NCBI GenBank assembly: GCA_965218095.1
Contig: OZ244587.1
Span: 5,280,001 to 5,344,000 of the forward strand
Reading direction: 5' to 3'
Source: Candidatus Poribacteria bacterium
Lineage (GTDB): Bacteria > Poribacteria > WGA-4E > PCPOR2b
Length of the DNA: 64,000 nt
In this document: one piece after another, positions 20,201-28,624 of the stretch
Layout: every line of letters starts with the position of its first letter
How positions within the stretch are numbered: the first letter of the stretch is position 1
Translations under genes and position numbers: made by a program
The notes under the pieces: model-generated
Seen by the model: the letters and a program-made list of their open reading frames with translations, nothing else
Told to the model about the DNA's origin: nothing
The model's database searches: none

Positions 20201-21661
20201 ATTGACCGCTACCTTCAGTACGGTAAGTGGTTTAATCCGGCCGATGAAGTGGAATGGCCAACACAGTGGCCCTACGCTTGCGTGCTGCCCAAGGGTATGG
20301 CAGATCTGCTCGGCATCACCGAGGAAGATATGGGCAAAGCGACCGTATCCGTGTACGGTGCGAATTTCACCGTCACCGGTGTCCTCGGTATTGGTTTCAA
20401 AGATCTGCACGATAACGATGGCGAGGAACTTACGCCCGTTGATTACCAACTGATGCAGCAGCAGGAAGCGCGAGGTGGTGGACAACAGGGGAATCAACCC
20501 GTCGAAGGGGAGTTGGAGAAGTACATTCATCTTCCCCCTGATAGTGTTGCTATCCTGCCGTATAATGTGGTGATGAATCAGGGCGGGACGTTGCGCTCGG
20601 TCGCTGTCAACATGGAGCCACCGCCCGGCGATCCGGCGATCCCGCGCGCCGCCGATAGGCTTGACCTGATCATGGGACCGCTTATGAGCCGAATTGCGCT
20701 CGACTTCTTCGTCGGCAAGGATCGCGATACCTATCTCTACAGCTCAATCGGGATGACCTCTTTCTCCGGAATGGGGAACCTGTTTGTGCCGATCCTGATC
20801 GCGGCGCTGATTGTGCTAAACACGATGCTCGGTGCGGTCTATGAGAGAGTCCGAGAAATCAGCATCTATAGTTCTGTGGGACTTGCTCCTGTGCATATTG
20901 CTTTTCTTTTCCTTGCGGAGGCATGCGTGTACGCAATTATTGGTGCGGTGCTCGGCTACCTGCTCGGTCAGGCCGTTGCCACTATCCTGGTCAAATTCGC
21001 CTTTCTCGCTGGACTGACCCTCAACTACTCATCGATGTCAACAGTGGTAGCAACTATTATTGTAATGATTGTTGTTATCGGAAGTACGCTCTACCCCGCG
21101 ATTAAAGCAAGTCGAATGGCAGTCCCCGACATTGAGCGGAAATGGAAATTACCGGAACCTGATGGCGATGAATGGCACTTCGATCTCCCCTTCACTGTGC
21201 TGGTGGAAGAAGCACTCGGCTTGAATATTTTCATGCGGGATTACTTTGAAGCGCACGCCGACGAATCTGCAAGCGACTTCTATACGGACCAGGTTGCCTT
21301 TGGTCGGACCCCCGTGGCAATCGAAGGGAGAGAGGATGAGGCCTACAATATCGGCATGATGGTTTGGCTCGCCCCGTATGACCTCGGGGTCAGTCAATCC
21401 ATTCGGCTTGTGACCTCACCGGTCGGTGGAGAAGAGGAAGAACTCTACAAGATTAACCTTGATGTCCATCGAGAGAGTGGAGAGATCGCCTCGTGGAAGC
21501 GCGTCAACCGTCGCTTCTTGAACCTTGTCCGAAAGCAATTGCTGATTTGGCGGACGTTTAGCGCCGATGTCCGTGGTGAATTCCATGAACGTGGGCGGCA
21601 AGAGAGTGAAGCAGAAGCCGCGCCGAGCGTTGGCGGTTTGGCGCCCCAGCCAGCAGATTGA
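14273..21661 (+). CDS. 2462-aa membrane-anchored fusion: degenerate M28/PA peptidase fold with 2 LysM, DxDxDG Ca-type repeats and a long helical insert, plus MacB/FtsX-type permease
   Basis: Signal peptide; TRVTGY; LysM-like HLVGEGETLEGIA and YKIQPGDTLEDIA; repeats DGIDNDEDGQIDE; M28-like VITGYYD..PGAD..GIAALLE; TM cluster; FtsX motif VYERVREISIYSSVGL..FLAEA. Confidence 0.85.
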   Translation: MIKRYSYIGLWLCLLILSSTYVCLAADDQLLVSLSETAVKIHDEVDIGRIRKDIARLSNLSTRVTGYSESASASKYIFDRFVEIGLQNVESREFPISVPIDHGDGKVDLLSEEGTVLKTYKIWPLWPNLVRTSLLPDGISHLVGEGETLEGIAKSYQVDPQAILADPHNQYLRDQVTDSRDNDGDGEIDEPGELALVEGNPVFIPTGGLTVPLFYGGKGELADFNGKDIGGFWYKIQPGDTLEDIAHRFRIGAGSITDDVLNSHLQKTEDGIDNDEDGQIDEYGEIPPLTEILYWDTDGIDNDRDDFADEQPGDNTDGVDNNNDGQIDEDGEFVAASESSIFIPQGSVVLIDFNSSTKWINAAMLGAKAVIFIEPETTIRGEAENKFLTVPANIPRFWISKADADELLAMLGEVPHLSPPTGEGKQEGGLSVRLTCTITWERCIGQNIRGFLEGGDPALKDELVVITGYYDAMSVVPAMAPGADPTGGIAALLELGRIFSQEKFRPGRSFLFVATDAHFQGLAGMRAFMEGIGQDIVGRESDSPGTPTMRGLRRGLSADLFEFEELGRKLLLSIDRNVLVDLPSDFFYEVHQFDADLDSLMTTLTHLEQTRGKIDGLRNAQRDAKEKEKRKLETAKKREKQGFTEEEKSRLEVNLAKFKKDVLQTAQFLRLMVRRITWMRAQALNESRKVQHELIEQIALPMARLDEWAIGRLEADLAAQQIGGKYDQTPDSSYLKPEKGADGSFYLPVPGNVPPILKADVEMLSRALEDWEFKDSRKFTLQYAQERLLDRHLDFNGLEQMKQARKVVHRATKDLSEYIAVEQQLLEKVLAQIPTDSGAETRIKNTIMQLEGDPASVPKDLIVELKLFLNEPTLKRFEVIQNQLRQKLAIMDETGTATSRELDAVLIADLTRDKQNILEIAMRNARLERQRIEFLLERHDSLIRPYLAEETLVLRHHLPDDVVDLAMEVRAQIFAHLEEERLLKMVKKRAKNDIVDLQNLLNVLNRLDHDLDEDTKILLRDNLLTMRNARFRNLQKRVEKIARISEPEYNRKVRSIEQAIALQDLFNRYYTSLFIAIDLSSQSDKFGVFNKGWFYNQQPEFVLRREFASIGNRLMEYANQADFGERIGKLWTFTDDQIRQAVMSSQWEVGSDIESKRIIEGKSLETLIAEHYDTLVGLSGVSRLMKMQFEQMKNQGEPSEDMLKDMDYIRKEVERFIRNDIREARKNRKNKIRLLNRLDAMLALRHEDASALTEEEVEDIKTLIDIVGLGGETNFVNAISASGGKIWRTYIPGKIAFDSEVATLTGFTGIAFATIDDARILTDTPLDTINRMDLREDGALHKQVKTLAAVLIQAMRDPKMPTTARVGNFYCNLFGDVVEYDARESALPNKPVPYPVLTLRRKHKTMMGVRGDLFAIGDNKGNFEVAGLAMEGRATYRIGGKQEVEAYILDPDSGDIVYAPDLGNFGAKLLPNLVPINTHRRGCRIVVFPCVSTTIYDLVDQRYLRTLRELEVFNAVSDSTPEKYGMSKPWQQEGISATEPLALVYSEPNTRIKIGMAYGQIGKRLLLIKAGKSGTKNPTLYTGDGFVVRENGSIRVTPYVVVRDMWWLDENRSSLYKRFGISSDRLDQLHQFANEHLDQAEIALTQKDYQQALKLARAAWGYESRAYPDVKKTGNDVVNGVMFYLALLIPFAYFMERLLFAFPTVHKQIIVTFAIFLVVFFFLSQVHPAFQITTTPIIILIAFIVLALTALVISIIIRKFEEQVEKIKQESSKVYKADVGRLSASAAAFSLGVSNMRKRKGRTILTCTTLVILTFTVISFTSVRTFMHPNSTNLPSVTPRYTGMLIRDQYWSPLEEPVITSILNDMRKTQIPEKNLRLLLKKQKSPEEVTSIFADLRRQGALINLGGESVLRVYNVVAPRAWYQSAGTGNQSFVQLTRTPNSMDAAPPVELATGQPKTYSATMLVGMTPDEPGVTGIDRYLQYGKWFNPADEVEWPTQWPYACVLPKGMADLLGITEEDMGKATVSVYGANFTVTGVLGIGFKDLHDNDGEELTPVDYQLMQQQEARGGGQQGNQPVEGELEKYIHLPPDSVAILPYNVVMNQGGTLRSVAVNMEPPPGDPAIPRAADRLDLIMGPLMSRIALDFFVGKDRDTYLYSSIGMTSFSGMGNLFVPILIAALIVLNTMLGAVYERVREISIYSSVGLAPVHIAFLFLAEACVYAIIGAVLGYLLGQAVATILVKFAFLAGLTLNYSSMSTVVATIIVMIVVIGSTLYPAIKASRMAVPDIERKWKLPEPDGDEWHFDLPFTVLVEEALGLNIFMRDYFEAHADESASDFYTDQVAFGRTPVAIEGREDEAYNIGMMVWLAPYDLGVSQSIRLVTSPVGGEEEELYKINLDVHRESGEIASWKRVNRRFLNLVRKQLLIWRTFSADVRGEFHERGRQESEAEAAPSVGGLAPQPAD

Positions 21662-21744
21662 AACGTAATGGAGATGTACTCATCATTACAGTTACCCTTA
21701 TTCCCTTGCTCAACCATATCCTATCAAATCCGGTCTTTGCTCAA

Positions 21745-22103
21745 GAAAGAGAGAAGGTTGTTTGGGTCCTAGTGGCTTCGATGTTTCTGATTACCTCGGG
21801 ATGCGGCGAACCTGAGGAACCTATCGGGGAGGATGACGTCAAGCCAAAGCCCGTTACGAATTTCCTATTTATGAACCACCAGATGGTAGTTTCGTTGTCA
21901 ACATACCTGCTGCATGCGGTCGTGAAGCTGTGTATCCCACGGTAGAACTGTTTTTTGACCGGACACCCGCCTCTATTCGCGTGAACGGTACTTCTGTTGA
22001 GGCGGGGGTTTGGAAGGCGATAGGGGCAAAACCCGCCGAAAGGCAAGGAACTGGTCAATGGAACAACCTACTAGGGGATGTTCAAAGATGCCGAAGGAAA
22101 TAA
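21745..22103 (+). pseudogene. Possible degraded lipoprotein gene
   Basis: Lipobox-like LITSGC followed by an apparent frameshift near 21865 (continuing YEPPDGSFVV...); no clear start. Confidence 0.3.
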
Positions 22104-22154
22104 ATGGGAGATCAAATTTACATTTACGACCAAAAATGATTAGGAGAAAACAAA

Positions 22155-22322
22155 ATGGAGAAATTGGCATACGGTTTAATCTTTATCGGTGCGGTGCTTT
22201 GGGGCTTTTCGATTCTTTTTATGGAAGGGCGATGGCAGCCACAAATACTAGCTGCAGTTATTCTAGCCGTTGGAATCTTGGTTGCTCACATTTGGGAGGA
22301 AAGCTTCCGGGCAAAAAAATAA
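22155..22322 (+). CDS. 55-aa two-helix membrane protein (below the ORF-track cutoff)
   Basis: AGGAG RBS; MEKLAYGLIFIGAVLWGFSILFMEGRWQPQILAAVILAVGILVAHIWEESFRAKK. Confidence 0.6.
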   Translation: MEKLAYGLIFIGAVLWGFSILFMEGRWQPQILAAVILAVGILVAHIWEESFRAKK

Positions 22323-22392
22323 GTGAATCGGCAAATAGGCGAAACAAGATTCGTGAATTCGTTGTTCGCAGATTCTTGAAAGGAGAACAGGT

Positions 22393-24387
22393 TTGGCAAG
22401 AGAGAGAGTGTCGCAGGCAGAAGAGTGGCAAGCTTGGGCGCAGCGGTATGATATTGATGGTGGGATTCGGACCTTTGAATCTGGCTTAACCCTTAAAGTC
22501 TTTTTAGGCGCCCTTTTTGTCGGGCTATTGATGATGCCAGGTTCAATTTATCTGACTTTAGTGTCCGGTCAATCGGGTGCAGGCGCCGCCCCCTGGGTAG
22601 CGGTCATCCTGTTTACGGAATTGGCACGCCGATCCTTTACCACAGCGAGACGGCAAGAGCTTTACATGTTGCTCGGGCTCACCGGCGCCGCGGTCGGTTC
22701 TGGGGATCAATATCGGGGCTTCATCTGGAACGCCTTCTTTATTCAGACACAGCAGGCGGAATCGTATGAAATTGCAGACAAAATACCCTTTTGGATTGCG
22801 CCCTCGCAGGATTCGATTGCGCTTGCAGAGAGATTGCTTTTACATATGGACTGGTTTTGGCCGATCGTGATCTTTCTGATCATGAAACTGCTTGGAACGA
22901 TCCGAAGTATTAGTGCAGGATATTTTCTGTTCCGTCTCACGGCGGATTTGGAGCGCCTTCCTTACCCGCTGGCGCCCATTCAAGCTCAAGGCGCAACTGC
23001 CTTAGCGGAGACCACCGGTCGGGCAGAAACGTGGCGTTGGCGTGTGTTTTCCGTTGGGTCAATGGTAGGCCTGTTCTGGGGATTTCTCTATATCGGTATT
23101 CCCTCCCTCACCGGGGTGATGATGTCACAACCGATTCAGATTCTGAAAATTCCATTTATCGATTTTACACCGAGCATTGAAGGGTTCGCCCCGACGGGTG
23201 TGTTTGCGCTATCGACCGACTTCGGACAAATGCTTATAGGTTTCGTCCTGCCGTTCCCTGTCATCATGACTGAGTTTGCTGCGGCGCTCTTTACCCAGTT
23301 TATTCTGAACCCACAAATCCTTTATCCCACTGAGATCTTACATCAGTGGCGTGCCGGCTTGGATGTGCGTGGGGTTGGATTGTTTAATGGCCTTGATTTC
23401 TGGATTAGCTTCGGGATGGGGAAGGCCTTTAGCTTTGCTGTTGTCGGCCTAGCGGCTTCCATTCCGATGGTGCTGGTGCAGATGCGAAAAGGAAGACAGT
23501 CTGGCACGAGTGCACGCGGTTCACTGCGGCCTCCCCCAGGGCGTGGAGATTTTCCACTTTGGCTGATGGGAGGGCTATGGATACTTGGCATGGGAGTTTT
23601 TGTGTGGCTCGTGCATTGGATGGTGCCGAACTTCCCGCTGGCATTCCTGGTCGGCTTTGCCTTCGTGTATACCCCCCTTCATTCCTACATCAATGCTAGA
23701 ACTTTTGGTGTTTTAGGGAGGCCTCTCTTTGACATCCCCTATATCCACGAAACCACGTTTATTTTAAGTCGCTATGAGGAGATCGACATCTGGTTTGCTC
23801 CGCTGCCTGATGAAGACTACGGCGCTGGTACGCAGCATTGGCGAGTGCTTGAACTGACCGGCACAACCTTCACCAGTAATATTGCCGCGCATCTGATAAT
23901 GATGCCGATTCTGCTCATTTCTGGAATCATCGTTTGGCATTTCATCTGGAAAATAGCGCCAATTCCTTCTTCTCAATATCCGTTTGCACAAACGTGGTGG
24001 CCAATCTACGCGACCAACGAATGTCTCTGGAAAACCTCACTTCGCGATGGAAACAGCCAAATGCTACAAGCCATTCGTGGTGATTACGTGGCGGCTGGCT
24101 TCACCTCTTCGCTGGCAATCTACGGTTTGCTTTGGGTGGCTAAGATGCCAAGCATGTGGTTCTATGGCCTCGTTGGTGGGATTGGCGCCGACCCAGGGAT
24201 GATGATTCCACGAGTTTTGGGTGCAGCCATCGGTAGGTTTTACATGATCAAGCGATTTGGTCTGAAACGATGGTTCATGTTTAATCCTGTCCTGGCAGCA
24301 GGCTTTACTTGTGGCGTTGGACTGGTTGGTATGGGGACTGTTGCGATTGCGCTGGTTTCCAAAGCTGTGATTGTCAAACCTTTTTGA
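22393..24387 (+). CDS. OPT-like oligopeptide transporter (polytopic membrane protein)
   Basis: AAGGAG RBS and TTG start; many hydrophobic helices; OPT-like GLTLKVFLGALF..IYL..G and ERLPYP..A segments. Confidence 0.78.
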   Translation: MARERVSQAEEWQAWAQRYDIDGGIRTFESGLTLKVFLGALFVGLLMMPGSIYLTLVSGQSGAGAAPWVAVILFTELARRSFTTARRQELYMLLGLTGAAVGSGDQYRGFIWNAFFIQTQQAESYEIADKIPFWIAPSQDSIALAERLLLHMDWFWPIVIFLIMKLLGTIRSISAGYFLFRLTADLERLPYPLAPIQAQGATALAETTGRAETWRWRVFSVGSMVGLFWGFLYIGIPSLTGVMMSQPIQILKIPFIDFTPSIEGFAPTGVFALSTDFGQMLIGFVLPFPVIMTEFAAALFTQFILNPQILYPTEILHQWRAGLDVRGVGLFNGLDFWISFGMGKAFSFAVVGLAASIPMVLVQMRKGRQSGTSARGSLRPPPGRGDFPLWLMGGLWILGMGVFVWLVHWMVPNFPLAFLVGFAFVYTPLHSYINARTFGVLGRPLFDIPYIHETTFILSRYEEIDIWFAPLPDEDYGAGTQHWRVLELTGTTFTSNIAAHLIMMPILLISGIIVWHFIWKIAPIPSSQYPFAQTWWPIYATNECLWKTSLRDGNSQMLQAIRGDYVAAGFTSSLAIYGLLWVAKMPSMWFYGLVGGIGADPGMMIPRVLGAAIGRFYMIKRFGLKRWFMFNPVLAAGFTCGVGLVGMGTVAIALVSKAVIVKPF

Positions 24388-24521
24388 AGATAAGTTCACG
24401 AGTTCAGGAGTTTATTGGTTCAAGATGAGTTTATTCGTTTAGAGATCTATCAAAATCTGACAGTCAAACCCATGACCCATCAACCAATGAACTACTGAAC
24501 CAATGAACTCATAGACCTATC

Positions 24522-25451
24522 ATGGAATGGACAACCTTAGGATGGAGTGGCATTACCCTCAAAACCCCTGCGGACTGGGAACTGAGTGGATTATCCGGTG
24601 ACGATAAAAGTGGGTACTTGCGCCTGGATGATGCGGAGATGCCGCGCCTGGAGTTAAAGTGGTCTGAGTCAAAGAAGAAGAAGCCAGACCTCCAGCGTGT
24701 CCTCGATGAATATTTTAAGCTCGTTCGCAAAAATTACAAACGTAAAGAGGCACACCTTCACATTCAGCGCAATGTCAATCTTATCAAAGATGAGGGGTTC
24801 TTCGAGGGGCGAGAGGTCGTTTTCTTCAGTTGGAAGGGGGAGTATCGGGCAGGCGGCGTCATCTTCCACTGCCACACCTGCAGGCGAATCACAATTGTGC
24901 AGGTGATGGGACATCTCAAGGAGAATCTCCGCGCAAAAACAACCCGCATCCTAGGTTCCATTCAAGATCACCCAACAGGGCAGACAACGCCGTGGAGCGC
25001 CTACCAACTCAATGCAGAAATCCCGCGACGGTACCGTCTCGACAAGCATCAACTGTTGTCCGGCTACCTGCTTTTTTCATTTGTAGATGGAAGTCGTAAG
25101 GTCAGCATTGAGCGGTATGGGGTGGCAGACGTTGTGCTAAAGGAACATGACCTTGAGTCCTGGTTCCGAGCAAAATACGCCAAAGCTATTCGCGGGTACG
25201 GTTTCTCAATTGAAACTAGCCGGGACAATGTAGACGAACGATTAACGCTGATCGGTGGGCAAACCCGCATTATAGATCATATCCCCATGGCTCCCGTCCT
25301 GATTATTGATAAGGTGATGCGCCGCAAAACCTTCGCCGTTTACCTGTGGCGATGCCATCGCTCAAATCGAATTTACGTTGTTCAAGCTATCGCCAAACGC
25401 GATGCAGCCAAGACCGCTGAGGAGATTGCGGCGAGCATTCGGTGTCATTAA
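24522..25451 (+). CDS. Hypothetical soluble protein with an internal two-fold repeat
   Basis: WSGITLKTPADWEL..SGYLRL and WSAYQLNAEIPRRYRL..SGYLLF; each half ends near a C/H-containing segment (HCHTC; RCHR..RCH). Confidence 0.75.
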   Translation: MEWTTLGWSGITLKTPADWELSGLSGDDKSGYLRLDDAEMPRLELKWSESKKKKPDLQRVLDEYFKLVRKNYKRKEAHLHIQRNVNLIKDEGFFEGREVVFFSWKGEYRAGGVIFHCHTCRRITIVQVMGHLKENLRAKTTRILGSIQDHPTGQTTPWSAYQLNAEIPRRYRLDKHQLLSGYLLFSFVDGSRKVSIERYGVADVVLKEHDLESWFRAKYAKAIRGYGFSIETSRDNVDERLTLIGGQTRIIDHIPMAPVLIIDKVMRRKTFAVYLWRCHRSNRIYVVQAIAKRDAAKTAEEIAASIRCH

Positions 25452-25466
25452 AACAGGAACACACGA

Positions 25467-25503
25467 ATACAGGATACAGGATACAGGATACAGGATACAA
25501 GAT
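25467..25503 (+). repeat. Heptamer tandem repeat (ATACAGG)x~5
   Basis: atacaggatacaggatacaggatacaggatacaagat. Confidence 0.9.
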
Positions 25504-25646
25504 GCAGATTGCTTGCATCGCGATTTATCGGGGTTATCCCGATCTTTGGATAGGGGCTCAACTTGAATCTTGCATCTGACGGGAATTGGTGTTAATTTCC
25601 ATTTGTCCCCTTTATATATTTTACGCAATACGCATCGCGTTTTACC

Positions 25647-26066
25647 ATGATCAACCCAATACTTTACAAGCTCAGACTCAAAAAACGTCCAGATTCCGAA
25701 TTTGAGCGGGCGGATATTTTAAAATCATTACCGCTCCACAACGAGTTAATCGAATGGGAAGTCGATGATAAGGAGGAAGTTTCGCTGGTTATTCCTCAGA
25801 AGGAGACACTGTGGATACGGCTGGTTGCAAAGCTTTTTATGTTGCCCGGCAAGCGTGTGGTTGTCTTAGACGATGTTGGGTCTTATGTGTGGCAATTGTG
25901 TGATGGGCATAATTCCATCGGCCAGATTATCAAACACCTTTGTGGGAAATACCGTATGACGAGAAAAGAGGCAGAGACATCGCTGTTCACCTTTATGCGT
26001 CAGTTGGGTAAGCGGGGCATGGTCGGCTTTGCGGTTCCCCAAAAAACGAAGAAAGGAAAAAAGTAA
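25647..26066 (+). CDS. PqqD-family / RiPP recognition element-like protein
   Basis: VVLDDVGSYVWQLCDGHNSIGQIIKHL..Y..EAETSLFTFMRQLGKRGMV winged-helix pattern. Confidence 0.85.
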   Translation: MINPILYKLRLKKRPDSEFERADILKSLPLHNELIEWEVDDKEEVSLVIPQKETLWIRLVAKLFMLPGKRVVVLDDVGSYVWQLCDGHNSIGQIIKHLCGKYRMTRKEAETSLFTFMRQLGKRGMVGFAVPQKTKKGKK

Positions 26067-26897
26067 ATGGCAGAACTTGAGCAAGCGATAGATCCGGAAG
26101 CAATACCTGTGGATGGTGTTGTTCCAACCGAAACCCCCGAACGATTGAAGAGAGACCTACCGAAGGAAAATACGGTACGCGTAAGAAACCTGATTAAAAA
26201 ATATGAAATGGGCTCTAGCGTTGTTGAGGCGTTACGAGGCGTCAATTTTGAAATTCGCCGAGGAGAGTACATCTCGATTATGGGACCATCCGGCTCCGGT
26301 AAATCGACGCTGTTCAACATGATAGGCGGCCTGGACAAGCCAACGGAGGGCAGAGTCTACATTGATGAGGTAGATATTGCACAGTTAGATGCGTATGAAT
26401 TGGCGTGGCTGCGCTGCCGTAAGATTGGCTACATTTTCCAGGCATTCAACCTGATTCCAGTGATGACAGCCCTCGAAAATGTCTCTCTGCCCATGATCTT
26501 TGCCGGTATGACGGCTGATGATAGCCGCGAAAAAGCTGTTGATTTGTTAACCCTTGTCGGGTTAGGAGAGCGCGTGCGACATAAACCGCTTGAACTCTCC
26601 GGCGGTCAGCAACAGCGCGTCGCTGTTGCGCGTTCGCTTGCAAATAATCCGGCGATTGTGCTTGCAGATGAACCGACGGGAAACTTGGATACAAAGACTG
26701 GGCTTGAGATCATCGACCTCCTGAAAAGTTTGAATGAGGAAAATGGAGTGACGATTATTACCGCCACACACGACACAAAAATGCTCGATGTGTCGGATCG
26801 AATCTTCTACATGGGGGATGGTAGGGTCGATAAAATTGAGACACGCGAGGAAATTGATTTGCAGGTCGGTAGGCTTGACGGTGAGGAAGTGGGATAG
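26067..26897 (+). CDS. LolD/MacB-type ABC transporter ATP-binding protein
   Basis: GPSGSGKST, LSGGQQQRVA, LADEPTGNLD and ATHD motifs. Confidence 0.96.
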   Translation: MAELEQAIDPEAIPVDGVVPTETPERLKRDLPKENTVRVRNLIKKYEMGSSVVEALRGVNFEIRRGEYISIMGPSGSGKSTLFNMIGGLDKPTEGRVYIDEVDIAQLDAYELAWLRCRKIGYIFQAFNLIPVMTALENVSLPMIFAGMTADDSREKAVDLLTLVGLGERVRHKPLELSGGQQQRVAVARSLANNPAIVLADEPTGNLDTKTGLEIIDLLKSLNEENGVTIITATHDTKMLDVSDRIFYMGDGRVDKIETREEIDLQVGRLDGEEVG

Positions 26898-27151
26898 AAT
26901 TGAAGTGTTGGTCAAAGGAAAAGATGGCAAAATGCCGTCTTTTTCGGGTGTTATGTAATGGTCAATAGGATAATCGACACGTTTGCTTGGTAAATCCAAG
27001 CCGCAAATTGTAGGGATAATGTCTACCATCTTCCTGACCACCTACCTGACGAGTTTGGTTATCATGCTCAACTTTGGACAGAGCATGTCTACATTCCTTA
27101 CCAAGAGAGGCTCGGCAGCGAAGCCTAGGGAGATGAAAGAGGCTTTCAACG

Positions 27152-27436
27152 ATGGCAGAAGTTTTTATGAAGATAAAAGTTGAGATGCTGGAAGAAGGAG
27201 GCTACTTGGCAGCCAGCAATGAGTTGCAAGGGTTGGTCGCGTATAGGCGCACGGTGGCGGAAACGCTGGAGATAGCACAAGATGTAGCACGAAAACTCAT
27301 TGAATCGTGCATAGAACATGGGAATTCGCTTCCTCCGAGTGTGCTAAGTGTGCAGCAGGATGCTTCGCCGCGCCGCCACTGTCAGACAACGGTGAAAGTC
27401 CCGGTGGCCATCGAACTAAAGGAAGCAGCTGTATAA
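27152..27436 (+). CDS. HicB-family antitoxin (orphan)
   Basis: EEGGYLA..LQGLVA..TVAETLEIAQDVARKLIE..G..LP pattern. Confidence 0.75.
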   Translation: MAEVFMKIKVEMLEEGGYLAASNELQGLVAYRRTVAETLEIAQDVARKLIESCIEHGNSLPPSVLSVQQDASPRRHCQTTVKVPVAIELKEAAV

Positions 27437-27451
27437 GCCGCTTGGCCATCC

Positions 27452-28447
27452 TCAATAAGTTTCCTTGAGCAGTCGCTTTCTATCCCGAACCCTTTCAATC
27501 TTTGTCCACTCTGGCGCATCCCGAGGCAGCCGCTGGATGTCCTCCACGGTCAGACCTTCTGGAAGGTTGACGAGGTTAGATCCAATCCGATAAAGCCACG
27601 GATAGATACCGTACTCCATGCCTTTCAGCCCACACATATAAAATAGGGTATCCGGCTTCTCAAGAAGGGGCACAAGCGTATCCTGATGCTCTTCGAGACG
27701 GTCTTGCACATACAGCTTGTCCCCACGAGCATTGAGTTGTTCCCGACTAATCGCAGTGACGTAATGAAAATTCGGATGGCGCTCTGCGAAATAAAGAAAT
27801 TCCTCATTGTACATAATGTCCGTTGAATACGGCACGCCAAAGACCAGCCAGACTTCCCGTTCAAAGCCCTGATTCAATAGCTCAACAAGCATCCCAACAA
27901 ACGGAGCAATCCCTGTCCCTGTTGCTACGAACACGTAATCGCGATCTAGTGGGGCATCTGGCAGCAGGAAGCTCTTGCCTACTGGTCCCGTGATAAGCAT
28001 CTCATCACTGGGCTTTGCATCACAAATGTAATTTGAAGTTGCACCGAAAACCAATTTACCTGTTTCTTCATCCTCTTTGACTTCCCGCTTGACGCACAGA
28101 GAAACAGTCGTTCCCGCCCAGTCATCGCCCCAACAGGCAGAAGTAATCGAATAGAGGCGAATTTTATCGTTCAGCGCTTCGTGAACATAATTGAGTTCTG
28201 GGTCATTGAAACGTCCTTCCGGTACAACGCCAATGCTCTGACCAATACGATACTTGCCTGCCATTTTGCTCCCCTTCAGACTGAGGACGACGTGCCAACT
28301 GTAATTGGGGCTAGAACGATCCGTAATACGATACTTACTCAAAACCTCTGCCGGAAAGGGGTTCTTTGGTGTGTAAATATTCACCGCTGTTTCTGGAATT
28401 GGCATGAGCAGTAAATCAGCAGGCTTTTCTAAAAAAGACGTTATCAA
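27452..28447 (-). CDS. Ferredoxin-NADP+ reductase (plant/PetH type)
   Basis: RLYSI, SLCVKR, ITGPVG, ATGTGIAPF, YVQD, YMCGLKGM and C-terminal ETY; the start may be ATG 28405. Confidence 0.92.
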   Translation of the reverse strand: MITSFLEKPADLLLMPIPETAVNIYTPKNPFPAEVLSKYRITDRSSPNYSWHVVLSLKGSKMAGKYRIGQSIGVVPEGRFNDPELNYVHEALNDKIRLYSITSACWGDDWAGTTVSLCVKREVKEDEETGKLVFGATSNYICDAKPSDEMLITGPVGKSFLLPDAPLDRDYVFVATGTGIAPFVGMLVELLNQGFEREVWLVFGVPYSTDIMYNEEFLYFAERHPNFHYVTAISREQLNARGDKLYVQDRLEEHQDTLVPLLEKPDTLFYMCGLKGMEYGIYPWLYRIGSNLVNLPEGLTVEDIQRLPRDAPEWTKIERVRDRKRLLKETY

Positions 28448-28624
28448 GGTCCGCCTCCAGTCAATGTGATCATGAAAATTTGAAGTAGCGACATCGGCTC
28501 AACATTATAGCACTGACCAGATTTGCTGTCAACGGAATTTCTAACCTTCCCCAATTTAGTTGCAGATATATTGCCCGATATGCTACACTTAACCAAATTT
28601 ATGGTTCGGCTCTTGTGGTGATTC

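Noticed and set aside
22010-22489. 159-aa ORF in the track
   Set aside because: Arg-rich with no motif; it overlaps the better-supported 55-aa membrane gene and the OPT start in other frames.
25467-25503. CRISPR array
   Set aside because: It is a simple heptamer tandem repeat with no spacers, and there are no cas genes in the window.
25647-26066. PQQ or RiPP biosynthetic cluster
   Set aside because: No pqqA/B/C/E, radical SAM or other maturase and no evident precursor peptide nearby.
26983-27183. HicA toxin upstream of hicB
   Set aside because: No GSH/HicA-like motif was found in the frames examined.
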